Shown here: positions 36,499 to 49,719 of the stretch, in pieces
How positions within the stretch are numbered: the first letter of the stretch is position 1
Layout: each line of letters starts with the position of its first letter
DNA from: Mobula hypostoma
Taxonomy: Eukaryota
Assembly: GCF_963921235.1 (NCBI RefSeq)
Contig: NC_086097.1
Coordinates: 178,252,001 to 178,316,000 of the forward strand
DNA: 64,000 bases
Reading direction: 5' to 3'
Made by a program: the position numbers and the translations under genes
Notes under the pieces: generated by a model
What the model saw: the letters and a program-made list of their open reading frames with translations, nothing else
Told to the model about the DNA's origin: nothing
Database searches by the model: none

Positions 36499-38619
36499 GT
36501 GTTCAGCACCATCTGCCAGCGTTTGAGTGATGTCTCTCTCCATCTTGCTCTCGTTGCTGTGGAGGAAGGTGCTGGAGTCTTGGGTCTTGGACAAAGTTTA
36601 ATTCACATAGTTTGTGGATTATGTAGTCTCTGTAGTTTATGTTATGATGTGTTTCTGCTTTCTAGTTGCTCCATTTTTTTGTTGTTGCTACTTTATGTGA
36701 TTTTGATCGGGGTGGACTGGCTCAGGGCCTGTAGAATATGAACAACAAGCGTGAAATTGATCTGAACTGAGCTGAAACTGAATATTCCCGGACTGTTTAG
36801 TTGACTTGTGGCATGATGTTCTATATTCTGTGCTTTTGGCCTGTGTTTTTGCCATTTGTGCGATTTGTGTTTTTTTTTTGTACTTTGGAGGTATAATATT
36901 TTTTCTTCGAAGTGGTTCCATGTTTTTTTTGCATTGTGGCTGTCTGTGGGAAGATTTATCTTCGGGCTGTGTACTGCGTGCACACTGTAATGAGTGTTTT
37001 TCTCTGCAGTGGTGGAGGCCGAGGGGTGATCTGATAGACATTTGCAAGATTACGAGAGGCAGGGTGTAGATAGAAGATATCTTTTCCCCCGGGTTGAAAA
37101 GTCTATGACCAGAGGGCATACATTTAAGGTGAGACATGAGGGGCAAGTATTTTACACAGACAGTGGTGGGTGCCTGAACTGCTCTGCCTGGGGTGGCGAT
37201 AGAGACAGATACATTAGAGACTTTTAAGAGACATTTAGATAAGCACATGACGTGAGGAGAACGGAAGAATATCAGCATTGTGTAGGCAGAGGAGGTTACT
37301 TTAGATGGCTATTGGATTACTAATTTAACTGGTTCAGCACAACATTGTGGCTGAAGGGCTTGTTCCTGTGCTGTACCGTTCTGTGTGTTATGTTCTATGT
37401 TCTATTGGCCCATAAATAATATCTCACTATTCCTTTTTGTTTTGTGCTATTTATTTCTTTGTAATTTACAGTAATTTTATGTATCTGCACTATAATATTC
37501 CTTCAAGGCAACAAACTTCATGCCGTATAAGTCTGTGATAATAAATCTGATTCTAATCCCTTCCTGTAATATCATCTCCCCCTGTGACCCATCTGTGGGA
37601 CATTCCTTCTAGCCCTGAGCTTCTGGTCACTTGTTCTGTTCTCTGCTTCAGTGACTTGGGCCACAGTGTGCCAGAGAGACAACCTGGAATATTTCACAAC
37701 TTCGAATTAATAAAAATGTTCCTCTGTAACAAGCCTTGAATAGTTTCATGATTAATCTGTTCTTTATTTCACAGTCTGAAAATTGGGACTTGGTTTCATT
37801 AATTGTGATGAAAAGGAATTCCAATTAGTATGATCATAGCTCTACCTGAATATTTTCCAAAATAAAAATGTCAGTTGTCAAAAAATACATTTTCTGTCTG
37901 CTTATGTCTGCTTATGCTTGTCTATTTATTTCAAAGTTATTCTATAAGTGTGGCAACACACTGAGTGGATTCCTCTGCGATATCAGAATTATTAACAGAA
38001 AGAGACTGGATGTATATTGGTAAGGTTCCTTACTGAGTTATCGTCTGACTTACTAATGGAATTAAAAATCCATAAACCCCAGACATAAAGTATTTTTATT
38101 GCGTATTTATTTGGAAAGGTATAGATATTGCTTTCTTCCTTCAAAGGCAAGGCTTTTAGTTTGTTTGATTAATTCTAAGTTTTTTAAACCCTGAAGTGTA
38201 TTTTGATGTTAGAACTACACTCGATGCATTACAGTGACAGGATAAATTGTAAGACAGATTGTTGTGATAACAGATCTGCATTTAGAGCACGTTCTGTACT
38301 AAAAGCTTATGGAGCATATTGATTATCATTGTTATGGAGTGTGAACTCCAGCATTTATTAAGAATGTTTTATCGTGTACCGGGGAGTATAATTTTGTTTA
38401 AAATTAAGTTCTTTTCATTTGCACATTGAGTGGTCTCAGCAAAAGATTGGGAGAAATGCACAGGAGAAACACCTGGATATGGAACCACTTGAGGAGTAGA
38501 AAGGGGGAAGAGGAGATTTCAGACACAGGGGAGTAATTTGCAAGGCCTCTTTGTTCTTACTGGTGTTAGTCATTTTATTTGAAAGATGAGGGTGTAACTG
38601 TTGAGGTAAGAATTGCCAA

Positions 38620-39310
38620 ATTTGTCCATTACTTTCTCATTTACTGATGACCAGTGAAAAACTTGGTTCAGCATCCTATCTGCACCGATCATTTCATCGC
38701 ATTGCATTGAGGTAGTACAAGAGGAAAGCACTAAAAGACTCCAGAATAAAGTTACAAGGTGCAGTGCAGGTAGACAATAAGGTGCAAGGTAGATTGTGAG
38801 GTCAAGAGTCCATCTTACCATACCAGAAGACCATTCAATAGTCTCAAAACAGCAGGATAGAAGCTGTCCTTGACCCTGGTCGTACTTGCTTTCACACTTC
38901 TGTATCTGTTGTCGATGGGAGGGGGAGAAGAGAGAATGTATGCAATGGGAGAAGTCTTTGCTTCTGTTGGCTGCTTTACTGAGGCAGCAAGAAGTGTAGG
39001 CAGAGAGCACAGAGTGGAGGCTGCTTTCCATGATGTGCTGACGTGTGTCCACAACTCTCGGCAGTTTCTTGCACTCACAGGTAGAGCAGTTGCCGTACCA
39101 AGATGCAATGCACCTGGATAGGATGCTTTCTGTGATGCGTCTAGAAAATTTGATGAGGGAACAAGTCAAATTTCTTTAACCTGCTGAGGAAGTTGAAGCA
39201 CTGATGCACTTTCTTGACAATTACATTTATGTGATTGGACCAAGGCAGGCGGTGGCGATGCTCACTCCTAGGAACTTAAAGCTCTCAACCTCTCAAGCTC
39301 AGCAGCACGT
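38620..39310 (-). mobile_element. Rex1/Babar-like LINE 3' fragment
   Basis: ESILSRCIASWYGNCS and TTRVKDSFYPAVLRLLN motifs; related 3' fragments recur across the window, e.g. 52550-53040. Confidence 0.75.
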
Positions 39311-39924
39311 AAACAGATCTCTAAACACATGAAGGGGTCTGACAGAGTAATAGAGATTTGGTATATTTGGTCATATGTCCTTGCCACCAATACATTATTA
39401 GAGTCACCATGGATACAGATCCTTCGGTCTAGGCGGTACATGCTGACAAGGAATCTCTTCAAATCTAGTCCCACTCACCCCTAACCCTGTCCTCTCTGTG
39501 TACCTGTTCATGTGTCTTTAAATATTGTTTATGTACTTTCTTCAAACTCTTCCGCTGACAGCTCATTCCATTTATGGAGTATATATTGAATGAAATGCCT
39601 GTCAGGATATTCTTGTTGAGGTGATTCTGATCGCTACACTTCCAGTCTGTAATGCCAGAGTGTGGCTATTCAAAGGCCTATCCACAAGGTGATTAATTGT
39701 GGTGAGCAATTTCTGCTTCTGTCACCCTACCAGACCGTGAGATCCAGGCAAAGTATTCACTCGCTTCGTCCATCAATTCCCCTAATCTAGGTTCTTTGAC
39801 CTCTTGTGTCATAACCAAGAAACTGCAGAGTGTTGTGGACATCACTCAGCTCATCACAGGAACCAGCTTCTCCCTCATGCATTGTATCGACACTTCTCAC
39901 TGCCTCGATAAAGCAGCCAACATG

Positions 39925-40875
39925 TGTGCTGGGGCCCAGGATGTCTCAGAGTGGCTCCCTCAAGAGGGAGGGTGAGCAGTCAGAGGTCGTAGTGCACATT
40001 GACACCAGTAACATAGATCGGAAGGCATAGATGTAGACGTAGGTCCTGCCCGATGAGTATCGGGACGAATAGTACAGATGAGTGGCTGGGGAGGTAGTGC
40101 AGGGGGAAGGGTCTCAGATTTCTGCGATCCCTTCTGGGAAAGCTATGACTTTACAAAAGGGATGGGTTACTCATGAACCAGAGGGGACCAATATTCTTGC
40201 GGGCAGGTTTGCTAGAGCTGTTGGGGAGTGTTTAAACTAAGTTGGCAGGGAGGTGGAAACTGGAGTGACAGGGCTGAGGATGGGGCAGTTGGTAGACAAG
40301 TTGATGCAGGGTATCACAAGACTGTGAGAAAGGACAAGCAAATGATAGGGCAAAATTGCAGATCAGTGGGATATGTTGAAGTGTAACATGGGGGCAAAAT
40401 CAAAAAGGGTGATGAATCCAGGACTGAAGGTGTTGCATTTGAATGCACACAGTATATAGAATAAGGTAGATGATCTTGTAGCACAGTTAGAGATTGGCAG
40501 GTATGACGTTTTGGGCATCGCTGAGACATGGCTGAAAGAAGATCATCGCTGGGAGCTTAACATCCAAGGATACACATTGTATCGAAAATCTAGGCAGGTA
40601 TGCAGATAGGGTGGCATGGCTCTGTTGATAATAAATGAAATCAAATCCTCACAAAGAGGTGACAGAGGATTGGAAGATGTAGAATTAAGAAACTGCAAGA
40701 GTGAAGAGACCCTGATGGGAGTTATATACAGGCCTGCAAATTGTAGTCAGGATGTGGATATAAATCTCAATGGGAGGTAGGAAAGGCACGTGATAAGGGC
40801 AATGTTACGATAGCTGTGGGGGATTTTAATATGCAGATTGGTGAAATCAGGTTGGTGTTGGATCTCAAGAGAGGG
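39925..40875 (+). mobile_element. CR1 LINE fragment spanning the ORF1 esterase end and ORF2 endonuclease start
   Basis: EGEQSEVVVHIDTSNI (GTND-like block), then HLNAHSI, GIAETWL and GDFN motifs. Confidence 0.78.
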
Positions 40876-42449
40876 AATAATCAAAGACCCCCCCCCCCCA
40901 CCCACCCAGACATTCTCTCTTCTCCCCCTTCCCATCAGGCAAAAGATACAAAAGCCTGAAGGCATGTACCACCGGGATCGAGGACAGTTTGACTTCACAA
41001 TCTATCTTGTTATGTACCTTATTGTCTGCCTACACCGTACTTTCTCTGTAACTCTTTATTCTGCATTCTGTTATTGTTTTCCCTTGTACTACCTCAGTGC
41101 ACTGATGTAATGAAATGACCTGTATGGATGACTGCTAAGCAAAGCCTTTCACTGCATGGGACAATAATAAACCGAGTTAACAATTGTCAAGTCAGCAAAG
41201 GTTTTTTTTCCTGAGCTTGACAGTGTCCAAAATCAACATACAACAAATGCTGCAGGAATAAACATGGAAAACCTGAACTTGAAGGTGGAGAACAAAGTTC
41301 ATGGCAGGATACTTAGTAGTCTAGAGGAATAGATGGACCTTCGGGGCCAATTCATAGATCCTGCAAAGTTGCAATGCAAGTTGATAGCGTCGATAAGGAG
41401 GCATATGGTGTGTTAGCTTCATTAACTTGGGGTTGAATTCAAGCGTTGTGAGGTAATGTTGTAGCTCTATGAAATTTGGTTAAACCACAGTTGAAGTATT
41501 GTGTTCAGTTCCCGTCACCTCAATGTAGGAGGGATGTGGAAGATTTAGAGAGGGTGCAGAGGAGATTTACCAGGATGCTGCTTGGATTAGAGAATGGGTT
41601 GAGTGAGCTTTTCTCTTCGGAGCTAAGGAGAATGAAGGGTGACTTGATAAAGGTTATGAGATCATAAGAGGCAAAGATAAAATGGATAGCACTTTCTTCC
41701 ACAGGGTGGCAATAGCTAATGCCAGGGGACATAAGACTATTTGGCCCATTGACTCTACTCTGCCATTTGATCATGGTTGATTTATTTTCCCTCTCAGCAC
41801 CATTTCCCTCCCTTCTTTCTGTTACATTTGACACCTCTAATCAAGAAGTTGTAAAACCATAATATAGGAGCAGAATTAGGCCATTTGGCCCATCAAGCCA
41901 TTTCGTCATGACTGATCCATTTTTCCTCTCAACCCCAATCTCCTACCTTCCCCCTGTATCCCTTCATGCCCTGACCAGTCAAGAATCTATCAACCTCTGC
42001 CTTAGATACACATAAAGACTTGGCCTCCACAGCTGCCTGTGGTAAGGAATTCCCCAGATTCACCATTCTCTGGCTAAAGAAATTCCTCCTCATTTCCATT
42101 CTAAGAGGACATTCCTCTATTCTGAGACTGTGCCCTCTGGTTTTAGACTCTCCCACAATAGGAAACATCCTCTCCACTTCCACTCTATCAAGGCCTTTCA
42201 CCATTCAATAGGTTTCAAAGAGGTCATCTCTCACTCCTCTGAATTTCAGTGAATACAGGCCCAGAGTCATCAAACGCTCTTCATGTGACAAGCCATTTGA
42301 TCCTGGAATCATTTTCATAAACCTCCTTTGAACTCCAGTTCCAGCACATCCTTTCTAAGATAAGGGGCCCAAAACTGCTCACAATACTTCAAGTGAGGTG
42401 TCACCAGGTGCTTTATAAAGTTTCAACATTACAGCCTTGCTTTTATATT

Positions 42450-43401
42450 GTGTCTGACAGAGTGATCTGCAGCACTGGGACTCCACAGGGGACTGCCTTG
42501 TCTCCCTTTCTCTTCACCATTTACACCTCGGACTTCAACTACTGCACAGAGTCTTGTCATCTTCAGAAGTTTTTGGATGACTCTGCCATAGTTAGATGCA
42601 TCAGCAAGGGAGATGAGGCTGAGTACAGGGCTACGGTAGGAAACTTTGTCACATGGTGTGAGCAGAATTATCTGCAGCTTAATGTGAAAAAGACTAAGGA
42701 GCTGGTGGTAGACCTGAGGAGGGCTAAGGCACCGGTGACCCCTGTTTCCATCCAGGGGGTCAGTGTGGACATGGTGGAGGATTACAAATACCTGGGGATA
42801 CGAATTGACAATAAACTGGACTGGTCAAAGAACACTGAGGCTGTGTACAAGAAGGGTCAGAGCCGTCTCTATTTCCTGAGGAGACTGAGGTCCTTTAACA
42901 TCTGTCGGACGATGCTGAGGATGTTCTACGAGTCTGTGGTGGCCAGTGCTATCATGTTTGCTGTTGTGTGCTGGGGCAGCAGGCTGAGGGTAGCAGACAC
43001 CAACAGAATCAACAAACTCATTTGTAAAGCCAGTAATGTTGTGGGGATGGAACTGGACTCTCTCACGGTGGTGTCTGAAAAGAGGATGCTGTCCAAGTCG
43101 ATTGCCATCTTGGACAATGTTTCCCATTCACTACATAATGTACTGGTTGGGCACAGGAGTACATTCAGTCAGAGACTCATTCCACCGAGATGCAACACAG
43201 AGCGTCATAGGAAGTCATTCCTGCCTGTGGCCTTCAAACTTTACAACTCCTCCCTTGGAGGGTCAGACACCCTGAGCCAATAGGCTGGTCCTGGACTTAT
43301 TTCCTGGCATAATTTATATATTACTATTTAATTATTTATGGTGCAACTGTAACGAAAACCAATTTCCCTCAGGATCAATAAAGTATGACTATGACTATGA
43401 C
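42450..43401 (+). mobile_element. Young 5'-truncated Rex1/Babar-like LINE nested in a CR1
   Basis: Open frame to 43283 with GTPQGTALSPFLFTIYTSDF, QKFLDD, LNVKKTKELVVDLR and YKYLG. AATAAA at 43377 then a (tatgac)n tail. 6-bp TSD tatatt at 42444-42449 and 43402-43407. Confidence 0.92.
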
Positions 43402-46400
43402 TATATTCTAGTCTTCTTGAAATGAATGCTAACATTGCATTTGCCTCCCTCCACTGACTCAACCTGCAAATTAACCTTTAGGGAATCCTGTCCAAGGGCT
43501 CGCAAGTCCCTTTGCGCCTCAGTTTTTTGTACTTCCTCTCCATTTGGGAAATAGTCAAACCTTTCATTTCTTGACCAAAGTGGATGACCGTACACTGTAT
43601 TCCATTTGGCATTTCTTTGCCCATTCTCCTAATCTGTCTACATCCTTCTGTAGGCTCTCTGTCCTCAAAACTACCTCTACCTCTCTTCATACTGTTTGCA
43701 AACTTTGCAACAAAGCCATCAATTCCACCATCCAAACCATTCATATAAAATGTAAAAAGAATTGGTATGAACATAGACACCTGTGGAACATCATTAGAGA
43801 CCAGCAGCCAATCAGAAAAGGCTCCCTTTATTCCCTGCCTTTGCCTCTTGCCAATCAGCCGTGCTTTAGCCATGCTTTATCCATGCTAGAATCTTCCCTG
43901 TAATATAATGGGCTCATTGCTTGTTAAGTAACCTCATGTATGGCACCTTTGTTAAAGGCCTTCTGAAAATCCAAGTACACAACATCAACAGATTCTCCTT
44001 TGTTTATCCTGCTTGTTATTTCTTCAAAGAATTCTAACAGATCTGTCAGGAAAGATTTTCTTTTGAGGAAACCATGTTGACTACTATCATGTGCCTCCAA
44101 GTACCCTAAGACCTTATCCTTAATAATTGAGGCCAACATCTTCCCAACCACTGAGCTCAGAGTAAATGGCCTATAGTTTCCTTTCTTCTGTCTCTCTCTC
44201 TCTCTCTTCTTGAAGAGTGGAGTGATATTTGCAACTTTTCAGTCTTCTGGAACCATTCCAGAATCTAGTGATTCTTGAAAGATCATTACTAATGCCTCTG
44301 TTATCTCTTCAGCCACCTCTTTCAGAACTGTGGGGTGTACACCATCTGGCCCAGGTGACTTATCTACCTTTAGACCTTTCAGTTTCCCAAGAACCATCTC
44401 TCTAATTATGGTAACATCACACACTTCTTGACCCCTGACACTTGGAACTTCCACCGTACCGCTAATGTCTTCAACAGTGAAAACTAATGCAAAATACTTA
44501 CTTAGTTCATTTGCCATTTCGTTGCCCTTCGTCAGTACCTCTCCAGCATCATTTTCCAGTGGTCTGATATCCACTCTCAGCACTGTTTTACACTTTATTT
44601 ATCTGAAGAACCTTCTGGTATCACCTTTAATTTTAATGACTAGCTTACTTTTATATTCCATCTTTTCCTTCTTAATAACTTTTTTAGTTGCCTTCTGTTG
44701 GTTTTTAAAAGCTTTCCAATCCTCTAACTTCCCACTAATTTTTATTATATGCCCTGTTTTTGGCTTTTATGTTGGTTTTGACTCCCCTTGTTAGCTATGA
44801 TAGTGTCATCTTTCCCTTAGAATACTTCCTTCTCTTTGGGATGTGTATATCCTGTGCCTTCTCAATTGCTTCCAGAAACTCCAGCCATTGCTGCTGTGCT
44901 GTTGTCCCTGCCAGTGTTCTTTTCTAATCAATTCTGGCCAACTTCTCTCTCATGCCTCTATAATTCCCTTTAATCCACTATAATATTGATACATTTGACT
45001 TTAGCTTCTCCTTCTCAAATTTCAGGGTGAATTCGATCATATTATGATCACTTTCTTATAAGAATTCTTTTACCTTAAACTCTCTAATTAATTCTGGGTC
45101 ATTGCACAACACCTAATCTGGAATAGCTGATTCCCTTGTGGGCTCAAACACAAGCTGCTCCAAAAACTTATCTCATAGGTGCTCTAGAGATTCCCTTTCC
45201 TGGAATACAGCACCAACCTGATTTTATCAATCTTCCTTGCATAATGAAGTACCCCATGACTATTGTAAAATTGCCTTTTTGGCATGCATTTTCTATCTTC
45301 CATTGTAATTTGTAGGCCTCATCCTTACTACTGTTTGGGGGTCTGTATACAACTCCCTTCAGAGTCTTTTTACCTTAGCTCTATCCACAATGATTCAACA
45401 CTTTCTGACCCTCTGTCACCTCTTTCTATTGACTTGGTTTAATTTTTTACCAACAAAGTAACGCCACCTCCTGTGTCATCCTGACTGTCCTTTCAATACA
45501 ATGTATTGGACATTAAGCTCCTAGCTATAGTCTTCTTTCATCCATGATTCAGTGATGCCTACAACATCAAACCTGCCAATCTGCAACCGTGCTGCAAGTT
45601 CATCTACTTTATTCTGATTTTGTCTTCTTTTTACATTGCAACTTATCCTGTTGGCTGCAATTTTGTGCTATCAACAGCCTTTCCTCACTACACATTGCCT
45701 CTGTTTGTAAACCAGCTATCTCATCTTCGGCACTGTTATCCACCTTTCCTATGATAGATCTTGCGTTGAAGTATAGGCAGCTCAGGGCACTCATCGCACC
45801 ATGCTCAACCTTTTGATTCCTGACTTTATCTGAGGTCTTACCAACATCTGCCTCCACAACCTCTCCACTAACTCTTCTGGCACTCTGGTTCCCGTCCCGC
45901 TGCAACTCTCGTGTAAACCCGACCGTGCAGCATTAACAAACCTTCCTGCTAGGATATCAGTCCCCCTCCAGCTCAGGTGACAGTCATCCCTTCTGTACAG
46001 GTCCCACCTTCCCTGGAAGAGAGCCCTATGATCCAAAAACCTTACGCCCTCCCTCCGATACAAACTCCTTGGCAACATATTAAACTGTATAATCTTTCTA
46101 GTTCTGGCCTCACTCGCACGTGGTAAGCCTAGCAATCCTGAGACATGACCCTCGAGGTCCTGCCCTTTAACTTAGCACCTAACTCTCTGAATTCACCTTT
46201 CAGAACCTCGTCACTCATCCTACCCATGTCATTGGTACCTAAGTGGACCACGAACTCTGGCTGCTCACCCTCCCACTTAAGAATGCTGAGGACTTGATCT
46301 AAGATGTCCTGGGAGGCAACATACCATCCAGGAATCTTGTTTTCATCCACAGAACCTCCATTCTGTTCCCTTAACTATCGAATCCCCAATCACGACAGCA

Positions 46401-46984
46401 TGCCTCTTCTCCCCCTTTCCCTTCTGAGCCACAGAGCCAAACTCAGTAACAGAGACATGACTGCTGTGACTTGCCTCTGTTAGGCCATCCCCCAGACAGT
46501 ATCCAAAATGACATACCTGTTGTTTCTCCTTCCTGACTGTCACCTGGTTTCTGGTGTCCTGTACCTTGGGTGCACCTCTCATATCTATCACGCCCTCAGC
46601 CTCCTGAATGATCCAGTTCCAGCTCCAACTCCTTAATGCGGATTGTTAGAAGCTGCAGCTGGATGCACTTCTCACAGTTGTAGTCGTCAGGAATACTGGG
46701 GGTCTCCCTGCCTTCCTACGTCCCGCAAGAGGAGCATTCCACTGTCCTGCCTGGCATCTCTACTGCCCTAGCTGAGCAGATAGAAAGAAAGCAAGGAGAA
46801 AAGCAAACTTGAGCTTTTGTTTTCTTTTGCCTTCTCTGACTGAAGCCTCACTTTGCGGAAGTCCTGAAGTGCTAGGGCCACAAGATCACCACTCTGACTC
46901 TGTCCTCTCAGATGATGACTGCTGTGCTTACTCCTGCCTTCCTTTAATTCGCTGTTGCTAATCAATCCCAAATCCCTACTGGTC

Positions 46985-47427
46985 ACTGGTCAAAGCTCTT
47001 TCTCACTGTAGTGACCCCCTACTGGTCAAAGCTCTTTCTCACTGTAGTGACCCCCCTACTGGTCAAAGCTCTTTCTCACTGTAGTGACCCCCCTACTGGT
47101 CAAAGCTCTTTCTCACTGTAGTGACCCCTCTACTGGTCAAAGCTCTTTCTCACTGTAGTGACCCCCCTACTGGTCAAAGCTCTTTCTCACTGTAGTGACC
47201 CCCCTACTGGTCAAAGCTCTTTCTCACTGTAGTGACCCCCTACTGGTCAAAGCTCTTTCTCACTGTAGTGACCCCCCTACTGGTCAAAGCTCTTTCTCAC
47301 TGTAGTGACCCCCTACTGGTCAAAGCTCTTTCTCACTGTAGTGACCCCCCTACTGGTCAAAGCTCTTTCTCACTGTAGTGACCCCCTACTGGTCAAAGCT
47401 CTTTCTCACTGTAGTGACCCCCTACTG
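46985..47427. repeat. Minisatellite, 12 copies of a 36-37 bp unit, at the CR1 5' end
   Basis: Unit actggtcaaagctctttctcactgtagtga(c5-6)t; copies differ almost only in the C run. Confidence 0.97.
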
Positions 47428-47625
47428 CTTTTTGTACACGGGCAGGGGATTTGTTGGAGTCCCCTCCTCTCAAAACTTCCAATGAACGTATTGGCTGCTG
47501 TTCAGATCTCTTTTTCGCTGCAGCGACCCGCTGTTGCCTTGTGTACTCGGGCAGCTGTTCTGATTGGAGTCCCCTCCTCACAAAACTTCCGATGTCCGTA
47601 TTGGCTGCTGTTCAAAGCTCTTTAT

Positions 47626-49715
47626 CAGCCTTCACTTTAAATATTCCCAATGACTTCCCCTCCACTGCCTTCTGTGGCAATGAGCTTCACAGATGCAGCA
47701 CCTTCTAGTTTCCCACTAATTTTTCTTCTGGCTAAAGAAATTCCTCCTCATTGTTCTAAAGGGACATCCTTCTATTCTGACGCTGAGCCCTCTGGTCCCA
47801 GACTCTCCCACCAGAGGTAGTACCCTCTCTGCATCCACTCTATCTAGGTCTTTCAATATTCGATGTTTCGATAAGATCCCCTTCATTCTTCCGAACTCCA
47901 GCGAGTAAAGGATCAGAGCCATCAAACACTTCTCAAACAGTAACGCGTTCATCCTGGAATCATCTTCATGAACCTCCTCTGAACCCACTCTAACACCAGC
48001 ATGTCCTTTCTTTGATGTAGGGCCAAAAACTGCTCACAATTCTCCAAGTGCAATCTGACAAATGCCTTATAAAGCCTTAGTATTACGTCCTTGCTTTTAT
48101 ATTCTAATCCCCTTGAAATTAATGTTAACATGGGATTTGCCTTCCTCACTACTGACTCAACCTGCAAGTTAAACTTTAGGGAGCCCTGCAGGAGGACTAA
48201 TTCCTTTTGCACCTCTGATCTTTAAAAAAAATTCTTCCCGCTTAGAAAATAGTCTATGCTTTTATTCCTTCTACCACAAAGCACGACCACACACTTCCTA
48301 CCACTGTATTTCTGCTATTTTCACCCATTCTCCTAATCTGTCTAAGTTCTTCTGCAGCTGCCCTGCTTCTTCAACACTATATTCCCCTCCATCTATCTCC
48401 ATATCACCTGTAAACTTGGCCATAAAACCATCAATTTTGTCATGCAAATTATTAACATATAACATGAAAAGAAGCGTTTCCAACACCGAGCCCTGGGGAA
48501 AACCAGTAGTCACTGGCAGACAATCAGAAAAGGCCATCTTTATTCCAACTCTTTGCCTTCTGTCAGTCAGCCAATCTTCTATCCATGCTAGTATTTTCCC
48601 TGTAATACCATGAGTTCTCACCTTGGTTAGCAGTCTCATGTGTGGCACCTTGGCAAAAGCCTTCTGAAAATCCAAGTACACAGCATCCACTTACTCTCCT
48701 TTATCCATCCTGCCTTTTATTCCCTCAAAGAAATCCAACAGATTTGTCAGGAAAGGTATTTCCTTAAAGAAACTATGCTGACTTTGGCCTGTTTTATTGT
48801 GTGCCTCCTAGTACCCCGAAACCTCATCCTTAATAATGGTCTCTAAGATCTTGCCAACCACTGAAGTCAGGCTAAAAGGCCAACAATTTCCTTTCTTTTG
48901 CCTCTCTCCCTTGGAGTGGAGTGACATTTGCAATTTTCCAGTCCACTTGAACCATTCCAGAATCCAGTGATTCTTGAACGATCATTACTGACGCCACCAC
49001 AATCTCACCAGCTACCTCTTTCAGAACACCTGGTGCAACCACCATCTCCTGATTAATAGTGACTACATTCACTTCTGCCCCTTGACACCCTTGAATATCT
49101 AGCATGCTGTTGGAGTATTCCATATTGAAGGCTGGTGCAAAATAGTTATTCAATTTCATCCGCCATTTCTTTGTTCCCCATCACTACCTCCCCAGTGTCA
49201 CTGTCCAGCATTCCAATGTCCACTCCTGCCTCTTTTTTACTCTTTACATATAGTTGCCTTCTGTTGGTTTTTAAAAGTTCTCCAATTCTCTAGTTTCGCA
49301 TTAATGTGTACTATTATATGCCCTGGCTTTTGCTTTGATGCTGTCCTTGCTAGCCATAGTTGCCTTCTCCTCCCATTAGAATGCTGATCTTCTTTGGGAT
49401 GAACCAATCCTACACATTCCAAATTAACTCCGGCCACTCCAGCTATTGTTGCTCTATCGTCATACCTGCTGGGGTCTCCTTTCATCAACCTTGGTCAGCT
49501 CCTCTCTCACCTTTACTCCACTGTAATACTGATACTCCTGATTTGAGCTTATCCCTCTCAAACTGCAGGGTGAACTCTATCACATTCTGATCATTGCCTC
49601 TTCAGGATTCCTTCACCTTAAATTCCCTAGTTAAATCTGCTTCATTGCACAACAGCAAATCCAGAACTGCCCTTTCTATCATAGGCTTGACCGCAAGCCA
49701 CTCTAAAAGTCCGTC
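47626..49715 (-). mobile_element. Older CR1 LINE ORF2; its extreme 3' end lies at about 41730-41852
   Basis: YLDFQKAFAKVPH, GFPQGSVL and LYKAFVRLHLE. The 3' sequence ...taatcaagaag (41838-41848) resumes as atcagccttcactttaaatattcccaatgac after 47624. Confidence 0.88.
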
Positions 49716-49719
49716 AAAG

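Larger units (their letters stand above)
41853..47625 (-). mobile_element. Near full-length CR1 LINE (tandem-repeat 5' region, SGNH/GDSL esterase ORF1, ORF2), degraded
   Basis: ORF1 pieces VVIGDSIVKG, VVHLGTND and RDDCHL; ORF2 pieces CLYFNARSI, KSPGPDGVHP, YLDFQKAF and TRGHSLRIE..RRNFFSQR; 3' UTR near 41860. Confidence 0.9.

Noticed and set aside
42393..42449. N-terminus of the 296-aa ORF
   Set aside because: Antisense CR1 host sequence upstream of the insertion junction; no real start codon for the Rex1-like frame.
46985..47427. CRISPR-like array (36-37 bp partly palindromic repeats)
   Set aside because: Units are head-to-tail with no unique spacers, there are no cas genes, and the context is a vertebrate LINE.
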